Assembly (NCBI RefSeq): GCF_001194135.2
Contig: NC_068982.1
Span: forward strand, 67,468,497-67,512,725
Reading direction: 5' to 3'
Source of the DNA: Octopus bimaculoides
Lineage: Eukaryota
Length of the DNA: 44,229 nucleotides
Shown: positions 1 to 12,155 of the stretch, in pieces
Layout: each line of letters opens with the position of its first letter
Position numbering within the stretch: the first letter of the stretch is position 1
Program-made: the position numbers and the translations under genes
The notes under the pieces: generated by a model
The model's database searches: none
What the model saw: the letters and a program-made list of their open reading frames with translations, nothing else
What the model was told of the DNA's origin: nothing

Positions 1-226
1 AAAAGACACCATTTCGAGCGTGGCCGTTTTCGTGCGGGTGACACGTAAAAGCACCCACTACACTCTCTGAGTGGTTGGCGTTAGGAAGGGCATCCAGCTG
101 TAGAAACTCTGCCAAATTAGACTGGAGCCTGGTGTTGCCATCCGGTTTCACCAGTCCTCAGTCAAATCGTCCAACCCATGCTAGCATGGAAAGCGGACGT
201 TAAACGATGATGATGATGATGATGAT
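1..226 (+). mobile_element. 3' end of an RTE-derived non-autonomous retroelement with (GAT)n tail
   Basis: ...gcggacgttaaacgatgatgatgat tail. The same sequence recurs at about 1080-1258, 8130-8345 and, reversed, at 4632, 13570 and 21407. Confidence 0.8.
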
Positions 227-297
227 ATACATATATACGACGGGCTTCATTAATTATCCTTTCTACTTAAAATCACAAAAGTTTTGTATGTGTATGT

Positions 298-455
298 ACA
301 GGCGTGGTTGTGTGGTAAGAAGCTTTCTTCCCAACCATGTGGTTCTCGGTTCAGTCCTACTGCAAGGCACCTTGGGCAAGTGGCTTCTTCTATTGCCTCA
401 GGCCGACCAGAGCCTTGTGAGTGAAATTGGTAGACAGAAACTGAAAGAAGCCCGT
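298..455 (+). mobile_element. tRNA-head SINE, 5' half
   Basis: tggtaagaagc...ggttcagtcc..ggcaccttgggcaagt...gaaactgaaagaagcccg with A/B-box-like head; many similar copies in the window. Confidence 0.8.
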
Positions 456-475
456 CTTGTATCCTTTTACTTGTA

Positions 476-690
476 TGTCATTTGACTGTGGCCATGCTGG
501 AGTACCGTCTTTAGTGGAACAAATTGGTCTGAAGGCTTATTCTTTGTAAGTCTAGTACTTATTCTATCTGTCACTTGCTGAACTGCTAAGTTACTGGGGA
601 CGTAAACACACCAACATCGGTTGCCAAGTGATGGGAAGATAAACACAGACACACAAATACATACATAATATATATATATATATATATATA

Positions 691-731
<41 letters not shown>

Positions 732-854
732 CACACACACACACACGATGGGCTTCTTTCAGTTTTCTTCTACCAAATCCACTCACAAGGGCTTTTGTCG
801 ACTCGAAGCTATAGTAGAAGATACCACACACCCATTCCTGTGTTTGTGTTTGTC
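476..854 (-). mobile_element. SINE with internal (TA/CA) microsatellite; left arm of a local inverted duplication
   Basis: Near-identical to the reverse complement of 1373-1699. Confidence 0.85.
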
Positions 855-1372
855 AATCCCATTATCGCATGACAACCGCTGTTGGTGTGTTTACATCCCC
901 GTAACTTAGCGGTTCGGCAAAAGAAACTGGTAGAATAAGTACTAGGCTCTAAAAAAAAAAAATGTAAAGTATGTCCTGGAGGTGATTTTCTTTTTTCGAC
1001 TAAAACCCTTTAAGGCGGTGCTCCAGCATGACAGCAGTCAAATGACTGAAACAAGTAAACGATAAGATATTGCACCAATGTCGGTGACACATGAAAGACA
1101 CTCAGGACATTATGAAGTGGTTGGCGTTAGGAAGGGCATCCACCATAGAAACTAAGCCAAAACAGACTGGAGCCTGATGCAGCTCTATAGTTTACCATCT
1201 CCAGCCAAACCATCTAACTCATGCCAGCATTGAAAACGCGATAAATAATGATGATGACAGCCAATAGTGTGTAGTTTAAGAAATGCACTTCTACTGCACA
1301 GCATCATCAGCAAGTGTCTTCTACTATAGTCCTTGGCCAGCTAAAGCCTAGTATTTATTCTATGATGGAGGA

Positions 1373-1699
1373 GACAAACACAGACACAGGAATGGGTGTG
1401 TGGTATCTTCTACTATAGCCTCGGGTCGACAAAAGCCCTTGTGAGTGGATTTGGTAGAAGGAAACTGAAAGAAGCCCATCGTGTGTGTATATATATATAT
1501 ATAATGTATGTATGTATTTGTGAGTCTGTTTATCTTCCTACCATCACTTGGCAACCGATGTTGGTGTGTTTACGACCCCAGTAACTTAGCGGTTCAGCAA
1601 GTGACAGATAGAATAAGTACTAGGCTTACAAAGAATAAGCCCTCAGACCAATTTGTTCAACTAAAGACGGTACTCCAGCATGGCCACAGTCAAATGACA
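1373..1699 (+). mobile_element. SINE with internal microsatellite; right arm of a local inverted duplication
   Basis: Shares its junction and private variants with 476-854. Confidence 0.85.
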
Positions 1700-2597
1700 C
1701 ACACACGCATTTAGTCTGTGGAAACTGGAAAGAGCACTGTTGTTTGTATGTATGTGTGCATGCATGCACACATGCGTGAATGTGTGTCTCTGTTTATATC
1801 TTGTCTGAACTTCCATACACTCATTGAACAAATGCCAGTCATACAAGAGGTGTCTGTTTGCAATCTTCTGTGACAATGTGTCTGGCAATTGTTCTATTCT
1901 TCTTTGAATGTCTAGGGGAAATATTCCCTTAATGCCTCAACAGATCTCGTCTGACCCAAGCAAGTTAGGAAAAGTGGACATTCAAACGATTTCTCTCTCT
2001 CTGTCTGTCTCACTCAGACGTGTATATAGACAAATTTTCATGTTTAAGGTAGTTTCCAACTTTTAAACTTACTTGTCCAAGCGAATGACGAAGAAAGAAT
2101 TCCATGAATTTCACAGATATTTTGGGAGGACTTGGTACTTTGTCAGTCTGGAAACCACTGGATTAAATCATATTTAAATGTATGGAACATAGAAAAGTTA
2201 AGCTAAACTCAAATATACTTTCGAAAAATAGCAACGTTAATGTAGTGACTATATTTTCTCCGTTTTGGCAAGTAAGGGAGCTAACTCTTGGTACATTTTC
2301 ATTTAGATCACGAGAAGCAATATAAGTGACGAACACCTTAGTAAAAATCATCATCATCATTTAACATGTTTTTTCATGCTTGCATGCATCAGACAGAATT
2401 TGCTGGCGCAGATTCTCAGTAGTCGAATGTTTTTCCTGTTGCCAACTTTTGTCTGTTTCTAAGTAAGGTAAGACATGTTTTCCATACAAGACTAAACAAA
2501 CAACCTTGCTTGTATGACGATGGTGCTCATTTACAATCATCACTTGATGTTTAGAAAGGAATACGCACACGTGTGCGTGTGTGTGTGTGTATGTATG

Positions 2598-2642
<45 letters not shown>

Positions 2643-3065
2643 NNNNNNNNNNNNNNNNNNNNNNNNNNNNNNNNNNNNNNNNNNNNNNNNNNNNNNNNNN
2701 NNNNNNNNNNNNNNNNNNNNNNNAACTCTGTTTTTTTTTATGTTTTATTTATATTCTTGTAAATTAATGTGGGATATAGAATATGGAATATATAATATAA
2801 AAATGGATGGTACAATGAAATGAAGTATTGAATGTCTTATTGAATATATGGAATATGTCTTATTGAATATATGAAATATTGAGTGTTCAATATAAAGGAT
2901 TAAATATATAAAGGCAAATACGTATTTTCTATACCTTGTAGTATTTCATCATGGCCGGTATGACAGACTATATATATATACACACATATACATATACACA
3001 CACACACTCTCAAACACACTAGCAGACATGCCCAGCGTTGCTTGGGATTTAAATGGCATAGTTTC

Positions 3066-3931
3066 TATTAAGTCGTTCCATAAATAATGCGGTTTTTATA
3101 TACTTCTTTTATTTTTCAAAATTAAGATAAACAAAGTTCTATTTTAATCTAAAACATACTCTCCTTCATTTTCTAAAATGCTCTTCTATCTACCTCGTAG
3201 ACTTGCAAGACCCTCTTTCAAAATTCACTTGTCCATGACAAGAAATATTCCTCCAGTACTGTTCTGACCTTCTTTAGCCTGGGGTGCCAGTGTTTCTCAA
3301 TTCCCTACCCACTGTCCTTGGCACTTGACAGTTTTATGGAGAACCCATTTCTCATCACCATTCACTATTCAGGTCGGAAAAGGTTCATTCATGAGACGTG
3401 ACAGCAAAGAATACTCAGAAAGTTTGTGACCCAATTTGCTAACTTTTCCGATGGCATGCAGGTATTGATGAATGGTTGAATAACCAAATCCAAGTATATC
3501 TGCTAGTCCCTCACCAGTTACAATGGGATTTTGTTCCAGCTTTTGTAAGATGTCCTTGTTGAGCTCTACAGATATTCCAGGGCGAGGCTCATCTTCTAGA
3601 GTGTAGTTTAAGGCTTGGAATTTCTGGAACCACTGTTGACACTGGTTTACACTGATTGTCTGATCCCCATATACTGCATTAGTATTCTCATTGTGTTGTT
3701 ACCTTTATTGAACTCAAAGTAAAATATGCTGAATATGTCTTTGTCACTTCCATTATAGCTTTGAAAAATAACTGTTAAAATTGAACTGCACTCTTCAAAA
3801 CTTGCACTAGGAATAAAGACAAGGTAAAATTACTACCTGCTTTTATAGCAAGCTGATGCAAGTAGTTTATCCTGTCCCCCTCCAGCTTTTAGTTCATGCA
3901 ATTTAAAAAAAAACGCATTATTTATGGGATG
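3066..3931 (-). mobile_element. Internally deleted, decayed mariner (Tc1/mariner) element
   Basis: TIR pair tattaagtcgttccataaataatgcggtttt (3066) / aaaacgcattatttatgggatg (about 3910-3931). Minus-strand ATG at 3753 gives MEVT..., FNKGNN, YGDQTISVNQCQQWFQKF, LEDEPRPG and ELNKDIL, typical mariner N-terminal HTH motifs, broken by frameshifts. Confidence 0.85.
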
Positions 3932-4631
3932 TGATTTTTTATCACACCAAAAAGCTCTCACTGGATATCCTCTCCTTTGCTGCAGTTGGTGCCACCACTA
4001 CCACGCTGAACAATCATCAGCCATAGGAGCTACATCTGTGATAAATTAAGCCAATAGGTGTGTTCAGCAGCACCACATGAGAAAAATCTACATGAAAGAA
4101 ATGACGTGGTATGACTGGGTGGTGGCTGAAGTTAATGCAGCATTTCTGGCTAGGCAAATACTACGCTGCTCATTCCATTGCTCTTGCAGTAGCTGTACAT
4201 GCAACATTTTGTGATTGTCTAATTGAAGTCTCATATGATGATTCATTTGCTCTGCTTCTTTTCAATTTCTCTGCTACTGCTGTTTTTTGAACAATAGAGG
4301 ATCTCTTCTTTGAAGATATTATGTCAAGAAATATGATGTAATAAACTAAGATGACAATTGTACGTTAATAATGAAATGTCAATAAAAAAAAGGTAAATAT
4401 CAATGTCTTAGCAAATTTTAAGGAGTTACTTCACAAAGAGTTACCTCCCTTTTCCATAGTAGCTGTACTTAAAGGAAAAGGGGCTTTCTGGCCCTAGAGG
4501 CCCCATTATTCATTATGTGAAAAATTTTGAAAGTCGAAAACCATCTGTGGAATATAATGTTTGTATGTTCCCTATTTGAAGAAAATTAATTGCAAACTTC
4601 AGAAGTTCTGTGGGTTTACACACAGTTATAT

Positions 4632-5363
4632 ATCATCATCATCATTTAACGTCCGCTTTCCATGCTAGCATGGGTTGGACGATTTGACTGAGGACTGGCG
4701 AACCAGATGGCTACACCAGACTCCAATCTGATCTGGCAGAGTTTCTACAGCTGGATGCCCTTCCTAATGCCAACCACTCCGAGAGTGTAGTGGGTGCTTT
4801 TACGTGCTACTGGCACGAGGGCTTGTCAAGTGGTACAGGCAATGGCCATGCTCAAAAGGTGTTTTTTACGTGCCACCTGCACAGAAGCCAGTCCAGCAGC
4901 ACTGACAATGACCTTGCTTGAATATTTTTTCATGTGCCAGTAAGGCGATGCTGGTAATGATCACGCTCGAATGGTGCTTTTTACGTGCCACTGGCACAGA
5001 AGCCAGTCAGCTGCTCTGGCAACGATTACGCTCAGATGGTACTCTTAGCGCTCCACTAGTATGGTTGCCAGTCATGCGGTGCTGTCATCGAATTTGATTT
5101 CTATTTCGACCTCACTTGCCTCAACAGGTCTTCGCAAGCAGAGTTTAGCGTCCAATGAAGTAACAATACGAATAAGTGAGCTGGCTACACTTCTGGCAGA
5201 GGGTCTTCTCAAGCACAGCATATTTCCAAAGGTCTCGGTCACTAGTCATTGCCTCAGTGAGGTCTAATGTTTGAAGGTCGTGCTTCACCACCTCATCCCA
5301 GGTCTTCCTGGGTCTACCTCTTCCACAGTTTCCCTCAATTGCTAGGGCGTGACACTTTTTCAC
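4632..5363 (-). mobile_element. RTE-clade LINE 3' end (ORF2 C-terminus, 3'UTR and (GAT)n tail)
   Basis: ORF 5145-5363 gives EGNCGRGRPRKTWDEVVKHDLQTLDLTEAMTSDRDLWK, the RTE GRPRKTW...DR..W motif. The tail appears as atcatcatc at 4632. Confidence 0.88.
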
Positions 5364-5367
5364 ACAG

Positions 5368-5400
<33 letters not shown>

Positions 5401-5756
5401 GGGCTTCTTTCATTTTCTGCCTACTAAATCCATTCTGAAGGCTTTGGTCAACCCTGGGCTGTTGTAGAAGATACTTGCCGATGGTGATGTGTAGTGGGAC
5501 TGAACTTGAGACTACAAGATTGGGAAGTAAGTTTCTTAACCATGCAGACTCACCTGTGCCTAAAACCATGCCTTGTGGGAATGAGAATTAAAAGTATTCA
5601 ATTTCGTGAGATTGTTTTCTTCCTTTTGTTTCACCTTTTGTTTGAATTCTGTTGGGTAAGAAATCTCATATAAAACTCTTTAGATTCTGATGTTAAAACT
5701 TCTACCATCATAATAATATATTATTGCAACATTTACTTTTCATTGTATTTTTAAAG

Positions 5757-5957
5757 GTCCTACTGAGTATCCCCACAATGAAACAGAGAGAGAAGATTTT
5801 GGCAGCACATTTGAAGAAGATGCCAGTAGCTGTTGATGTTAATCTCGGTGAATTAGCTGAAGTGACGACGGGATACTCTGGGGCAGATCTTGCTTTGTTA
5901 TGCAGAGAAGCTGCTTACATTGCTCTATCTGAATACCAAACGGCACCAGTAGACTCA
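5757..5957 (+). CDS. SPATA5L1: SPATA5L1/AFG2B-like AAA+ ATPase, window exon 1 (D1 lid: VLLSIPTMKQREKILAAHLKKMPVAVDVNLGELAEVTTGYSGADLALLCREAA...)
   Basis: Acceptor ttttaaag| at 5756, donor |gtaagt at 5958, 67 codons, phase 0/0. GYSGADL..LCREAA is the AAA lid motif and aligns by recall with human SPATA5L1 [53 protein letters not shown]. Confidence 0.93.
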
Positions 5958-6057
5958 GTAAGTTATTAAGTCTTCATTTTCTTCTTTAATTCTTTGATAA
6001 CCACTTCTTTCAGTCCTTTGGGTTGCAGCCATGATGGGGCACCACCTTAATGGGCCC

Positions 6058-6253
6058 TGGTCTGGCTCTGAGTACAAATGTCTTGTTTTCATAAGTTTTG
6101 AATTAAAATCTTCCACCAAACCTTTGTCACAATTTATGTTCCTAACACTAGCTTAAAGATAACTAAGTTATTTTACTAAATTCTTTGTTATATTTAAAGT
6201 AATTGAAAGAAACACGGAGCATCTCAAAATAAATACAGTAACGAAAGGGTTAA
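6058..6253. mobile_element. piggyBac-type MITE fragment, one end preserved
   Basis: Ends ...gaaagggttaa (GGG+TTAA terminus) at 6253. The other end is not recognisable. Confidence 0.6.
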
Positions 6254-6900
6254 GTGGTGAGGGACAAAATTTAAAGACCCATACCAGCATTATGTATATG
6301 TATATATACGAGTGTGTGTGTGTGTATAGAGAGAAAGAGAGAGGTGCATGTGTGTGTGTGATAGGCTTCCAAACATTTTTTTTACCAAATTCACTCACAA
6401 GTCTGGGGTTTATGAGATACTGGCCCAAGGTGTTGTGCAGTGGAACTGAATTCCAAAACCAAAGCATTAGCTTTCTTATTTTTATGACATTGTGTTGTAG
6501 TTCTTAAGCAATACCAATGCTAATTGTGTCAGCCTGTCTGACTGATAGTTTTGATCCTAGTTTCTGATTGAGCAAGTTAGCAGTTGGAAGGCAAATTTAA
6601 TTGTACAGCATATTACTCCAATTTATATGAAATCTAGTTTATCATGGAGAAAAAACAAAAAGGTAATAAGATAATTCCTAGCTGATCTGCTAAAATATTG
6701 AGACAGCTATTGCCTGAAAATAATTAATTTTTTACATTATAATGCTAAAAATGACTTATTATTGGAATTTTCTTTATAGTTTGCTTAACTCATGCAAATA
6801 TCTGAAATTTGCAGCTATTACACAACTTGGGTTAATATATTTAAAAAATAATTCTTTTAAAATGTACTAGTTTTTCTTTTTTTTTTCCTAAATTGTCTAG

Positions 6901-7053
6901 ACTCCTGTACCCTTGAAGAAATCTCATTTTCAAACAGTCCTTAAAAAAATCATGCCATCTCTAACAAAAGGAAATGAGATAACTTTAGATTCCAAGCCAA
7001 TTGCATGGGATGATATAGGTGGACTGGAAGATGTAAAGCATGAAATTCAGCAG
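6901..7053 (+). CDS. SPATA5L1: SPATA5L1/AFG2B-like, window exon 2 (D1-D2 linker: ...SKPIAWDDIGGLEDVKHEIQQ)
   Basis: T-rich tract plus ctag| acceptor at 6900, 51 codons, WDDIGGLEDVK motif. Ends at CAG|GCAAGT, a GC donor. Confidence 0.9.
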
Positions 7054-8898
7054 GCAAGTAAAAAAATTATTGCTATAGTCCGGTTAGTTATGTAATAATC
7101 CAAACAATATAATATTTTGAGTATTAATCAAGTTCTCATGATTGATAAATATTTGAAAATTTACAGGATTTATCAAACGAGCTGTATTAGAAACACTTGA
7201 CATTGTATTTTGCTTCTTTTTGCAAATTTATGCATTTTATCAGTTGGTGGTCTGTAACAAACTTGATAATTATTTTGGTATGTATCATTTAAGAACATTT
7301 ACTGTTGCTTAGTGTAGAAACAATATATAAAATGAAGTTATGTATTTATGTGCAGGTGATCATTGAAAAGGATCCTGGTTAAAATAGATAGGCTGACAGG
7401 CATGCAATGTAAAGAAAAAAAATATGCTGCTCAGTTATCTAAAGTAGACTATAGAAGACCTGGCAAGATGTTTAAATATGATCTTAGCTCATTAACTTTC
7501 AGGAACGAGTTAACACAAGATAGATTCAGCTAGCCCTTGCTGGTATGGTTAAAAATGGTTGTTGAACTACGATTTTTATTTACTATCATTGCATGCTTGC
7601 TTTTTTTCATGCTGGCAAGATGTTTTAAGGCAGTATTCTATGCTCATATACCCTTGTTTTAAGTAAGGTCCTTTATTCCGCTAGTTTTCTCACATCAAAA
7701 CGCCCAGCTATAGGATTTAAACAAACATGATAGTTGTCTAAGCAGTGTCAGTAATGAAGTCATGCAGAGACATACATTCACAATGCACAGAAGTTTCCAT
7801 ACAGTTTCTGTATGCCAAATTTCATTTATAATGCATTGGTCGGTTGAGTCTTATAGTAGAAGGCACACTTGGTGCCACACAGTGAGTTTGAACACAGTCA
7901 TGCCTACACTTATTTGAAAGAATTATACCATTTGATGATATATACTGATAGAAACTGAATGTTGATTGTCTTTGTTAAGTCAAACAGTTTGTGAACGTTG
8001 TGAAAGACAAGCTTGAAATTTTTGCATTGTGTTATAGAGAGCTTAAGTATAAGCTGACAGTTCTGTCATGAGGAGTTAGCTTTATTTCTCTTGTTGATCA
8101 TTGTGGTAAAAATCTTTTAATATGGCTCCTGTGCTGGTGGCATGTAAAAAGCACTATTCAAGTATGACTAGCCCTCATGCCAGTGGTACATAGAAAGCAT
8201 CCACTACACTCTCAGAGTGGTTGGCATTTAGAAACTTTGCCAGATGCGATTGGAGCCTGGTACAGCCTTTTGGCTTGCCAGTCCTCAGTCAAATTGTCCA
8301 ACCCATGCCAGCATGGAAAGCAGACGTTAAACAACGACGATGATGGTAACATCTTTTGAAATTTCTATATTTCAGTTTGTCAAAGGAGTATGTTGAAATC
8401 AAGTTTTAATCCTTTTTTTTTTCCTTTAATTTTTGTGTGATTTTCTGTGATTGTATGCCCACTCAGTTGCATGATCTAAACACTGTTTTAAAATGGTTTA
8501 AATTGAAACCTACAATCAAAGCTTCATGCTAATTTCTTCTAAGCACCACTATAATGGTTTCAAATTTTGGCACAAGATCAATGTTTTTAGGAGTAGGGGG
8601 TTAGTCGGTTATAGTGATCACAGTTCTCAATTGATATTTATATCATCAACTGTGGAAGAATGAAAAGCAAAGTTGACCTCAGTGTGATTTGATCTCAAAA
8701 ACACTAGTATAATAATGGCAAAGTTATTTTAATAAACTCATCCTTATTTTGAAAATTTATTGAAACAAAGATTTTGTATTTCAACAGAAATATAGTCACA
8801 AAATGGTTAAAGGAACTTTTATAAAACGTTTTGTAAAATAATACTAAACGTTTTTATAATTATTTATTTTTCTTTTATGTTAATTACTTTGCTTCCAG

Positions 8899-9108
8899 AC
8901 GATAGAATGGCCATTGAAGTATGCCGAAAAGTTTCAGAAACTGAAGTTAACATATCCTCATGGTGTACTTTTAATTGGTCCACCTGGTTGTTGTAAAACA
9001 ACGTTAGTCACCACAGCAGCTAATGCAACTAATACAGTATTCATGTCACTGACAAGTGCGCAGCTTTATTCTCCTTATGTAGGACATTCAGAGACACTCC
9101 TGACTGAG
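8899..9108 (+). CDS. SPATA5L1: SPATA5L1/AFG2B-like, window exon 3 (D2 Walker A GPPGCCKT and pore loop)
   Basis: ttccag| acceptor at 8898, TIEWPLKY...GVLLIGPPGCCKTTLV...LYSPYVGHSETLLTE, donor |gtgaga at 9109, 70 codons. Confidence 0.93.
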
Positions 9109-9567
9109 GTGAGACCTATGCACGTTATACTCTTCATTTTGCAGAACATTTTCAAAAATTTGGTTAACTGAATATTTTAGTTTAAAAGTGTAAATCTCAT
9201 TTATAATTTAAATTTTTACCCTTTCTTGTAAGTTTAATAAAGTTTTTGAAACAGAATATATACTTGAAGTACTTCGTGAAGCAATTTTTATGGGCTTTAG
9301 TCTGGAGTTACGTCCCTTCTCCACACTTAAGACTAACAAGCTAAATGAAATTGGTATCACATTCAGATGCAACAGGTTTCTTTATGATTGAAAGATCACC
9401 CACTTTTTCATGATTTGGTATTATTATGCTGTATTGTAATCAGAAAAAAAAACATACTGTTTTAGATGAAATAATTTTACTACTTTTAATCTTAGTTATT
9501 TGTACAGAACATAATTATCATTTTCATTGTAAGTGTTGGCATTTTTTCTCCTCCACTTTTGTTGCAG

Positions 9568-9807
9568 TTATTTATGAGAGCACGGGCATGTGCACCAGCT
9601 ATCATCTTTCTTGATGAACTGGATGCATGTTTTGGTAAGCGATCAGAGAGTGGATCTGGAGATGGCTGTAGCATAAAAGACCGTTTATTGTCCACATTGC
9701 TCAATCAAATGGATGGCATTGGTGTGAAATTGGATGATGTTCAATATTCAAATGCAACTTCTACCGTACAACCTATTACCTCAACTACAAATACAGACGT
9801 ACCTATT
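9568..9807 (+). CDS. SPATA5L1: SPATA5L1/AFG2B-like, window exon 4 (D2 Walker B IIFLDELD)
   Basis: Pyrimidine tract plus ttgcag| at 9567, LFMRARACAPAIIFLDELDACFGKRS...DRLLSTLLNQMDGIG, donor |gtaagt at 9808, 80 codons. Confidence 0.94.
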
Positions 9808-9989
9808 GTAAGTTTTATTAGCTATTCTTAATCTTTGCACTATCATTCAAACTTCCTCTATATGTTAATGCTTAGTTGCATAATCAGTTCTCTTAGAATG
9901 GTTTTAGTTCAAATGTGAATCCAGAATGTCACTATTTTTATGTTATAAATTTGAACAATAAATCTGGATTCTCCCTCCTCCTTGAGGCC

Positions 9990-11620
9990 TCTATATATTT
10001 TAAGAGACCATAGATTTGCACTGGAGAAGCTCTTTCCCAGATCACAGCCCAGAGTAAGAGCTATTTTTTATATGACAGACCAGTTGTTTTCTGTCTACAG
10101 AAGTTACCCCTCTTTACCTTTCCAGTGTCTACAAGAAAAACAAATGCCAATATATCTTGTTGATGGCAGAATAAAAGAGCCAGATCAGATACTACAAGGT
10201 AGTTGTCTGATCCTATAACAATTCTACCAACCTACTGCCCCAAACGGGTTCTTTTGTTTAACTTACTCAAAGAATATAAATAATACTCATATTTACCATA
10301 TACCAAACCAGGTATCACCACCATTTATTACCCAGTCTGTAGACTTGATAATAGTTCATCATCTGATTCAGCCAATCTACACTGTCCATGTACTTGTTAT
10401 AATTGAGATTCACAAATTTTCAGTTGGATGTGGTTGTGCTCAGGTAGATAGAAAATTGATTTGCTTCTTATCTCTATATGTAGTTGCTAGCAAGTTTCGT
10501 TTCTGCCATTGGATTATTTCACCTCTTTTTTTTTCCTAAATTTATTTTTTTATATCCAACAACATTCCTTTTCTACTTGCAACTATTGTAGCATACATAT
10601 AAATTGCCACAGCTTCTAATTCCACCAGAAGTTTGACTGAATTGATAAACTGATGAAAAAATATACAGCCCTGCTTATGGTATGGGAGTGATAAATTCCA
10701 GACCACATTGTACCTTCGGCTATGCTGGCTTACATTATTGTCCCTTTTCCCTGCATAAAAATTGAACCCATATCATTATCCAGTATTGGCTTCACAAATC
10801 TTCCAAATTTTGATTCCCTCATTCTGTGGGTTTTCTGGGCATGTTACTATAAAAAATGTACTCTACCTTTGTATCCCTCAATATGCTCATCAGCGGATAT
10901 GTATCTTCCTGGTTTATAGTAGGTTTTATAAGCATTTTGAACAGTTGATGAGGGATTTTATTTTAAATAAGTAATCAAAGTTTGGTTCTCTATGTACTGG
11001 TGCGCTACTAATGTCTCTAATATGTAGGTACTGTGACAATTTAAAACATTTATCTGTGTCATGATACTGGAAACATATTGGTCTCCAAAAGGTTTGTTGC
11101 TGCTCCAATAGTTTGTTATTTTGGGTAGCTTCTTTATACCCATAATTATATTGATTGCAAAAAATGTTTGGATTTTGTCAAAGTATGTGGGATCATTCTG
11201 TGTAACAATTAGTTTCTGCAGTAGTTGCTTCAAACAAAGGAGGGGAAGAAAAAAAAAAAAAAGTCTAACGNNNNNNNNNNNNNNNNNNNNNNNNNNNNNN
11301 NTTAGTTTCTGCAGTAGTTGCTTCAAACAAAGGAGGGGAAAAAAAAAAAAAAAAAGTCTAACGCTTTTGTCTCCTGGGAAAGGCTGTGACAAGATCCAGT
11401 CCCTTCAGGAAAATCAGTGAGAAAAACTGTTTTCAAACCTTGTTTCATTCGGGTACAAATCTTGTCAGTTAACGTCCGAATTGCTTTCACTTTCAGAAAT
11501 GAGATATCTGATTCATTCAATCACCGTGTGGATTTTGGGCTTGCTGTACATTTTGCTTGATTTTTCGATATCTTTAGTTGAAAATCTTTGAAATTCTGAT
11601 TCACAACTTGACAACATGAA
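9990..11620 (-). pseudogene. Decayed piggyBac transposase in the intron between window exons 4 and 5
   Basis: Minus-strand fragments FFAINIIMGIKKLPKITNYWS, KLSQYLHIRD...FDYLFKIK, PGRYISADE...YKGR, GIKIWKICE and KYMDSVDWLNQMMNYY...NKWW. Many stops and frameshifts; no TIRs seen. Confidence 0.87.
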
Positions 11621-12155
11621 ACTGGTGTCTGTCAGTATTAAAAATTATCGAAAAAAATGTGTGTGTGTGTGGGGGGGGGGGCGATCTCTAAAAGCCACAG
11701 AGTTTAGATATGCTAAAGAATGTTGGATACTGTAACTCAGTTGTTTACATAGTGAAATCATGTGTTTTCACGAATGTACTAACAAGATTTGCTTTGAAAT
11801 TTTCATTTAGAAATGACTAGGTTATCTTGGTTGGCTTGGTGTCATTTGCCATTGAAATTCTTGGCCAGGTTCAGGTGGTTTGGTATTAAAAAGGTTCCTC
11901 TTTGACAGGAGACTAGTTCATGTGACTTTCTGGGCATATCTCCTCAGTTGTAGGTTTGCATGACGTCATCTCTCTTCAGAGTCTTATATATGCCTGAGCC
12001 ATGCAACTATTTTCTTATGTTTGACCCATAACTGTCCTTGACAGATACTACCACCCTAGGTCAGAATGAACTTGGGAATAGTGGTAACTAAGCACTAGCA
12101 CTAAGCTCTATTCTCCTAAAAACTCCTGAGCTGGAGCCTTACCACGGGATGTAAT

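Noticed and set aside
298-380. tRNA gene-like heads, many copies
   Set aside because: No complete cloverleaf is recognisable; all continue into SINE bodies.
207-2823. IYIYIY/CVCVCV-rich short ORFs here and throughout the window
   Set aside because: They are translations of SINEs and dinucleotide microsatellites.
1-5756. Upstream D1-domain exon of the ATPase (expected to end ...RPGRFDRE)
   Set aside because: No such coding segment seen; it presumably lies 5' of the window (or, less likely, in the gap at 2643-2723).
11209-11372. About 60-bp direct repeat with poly-A
   Set aside because: It is duplicated on both sides of a 41-N gap; contig-overlap artefact.
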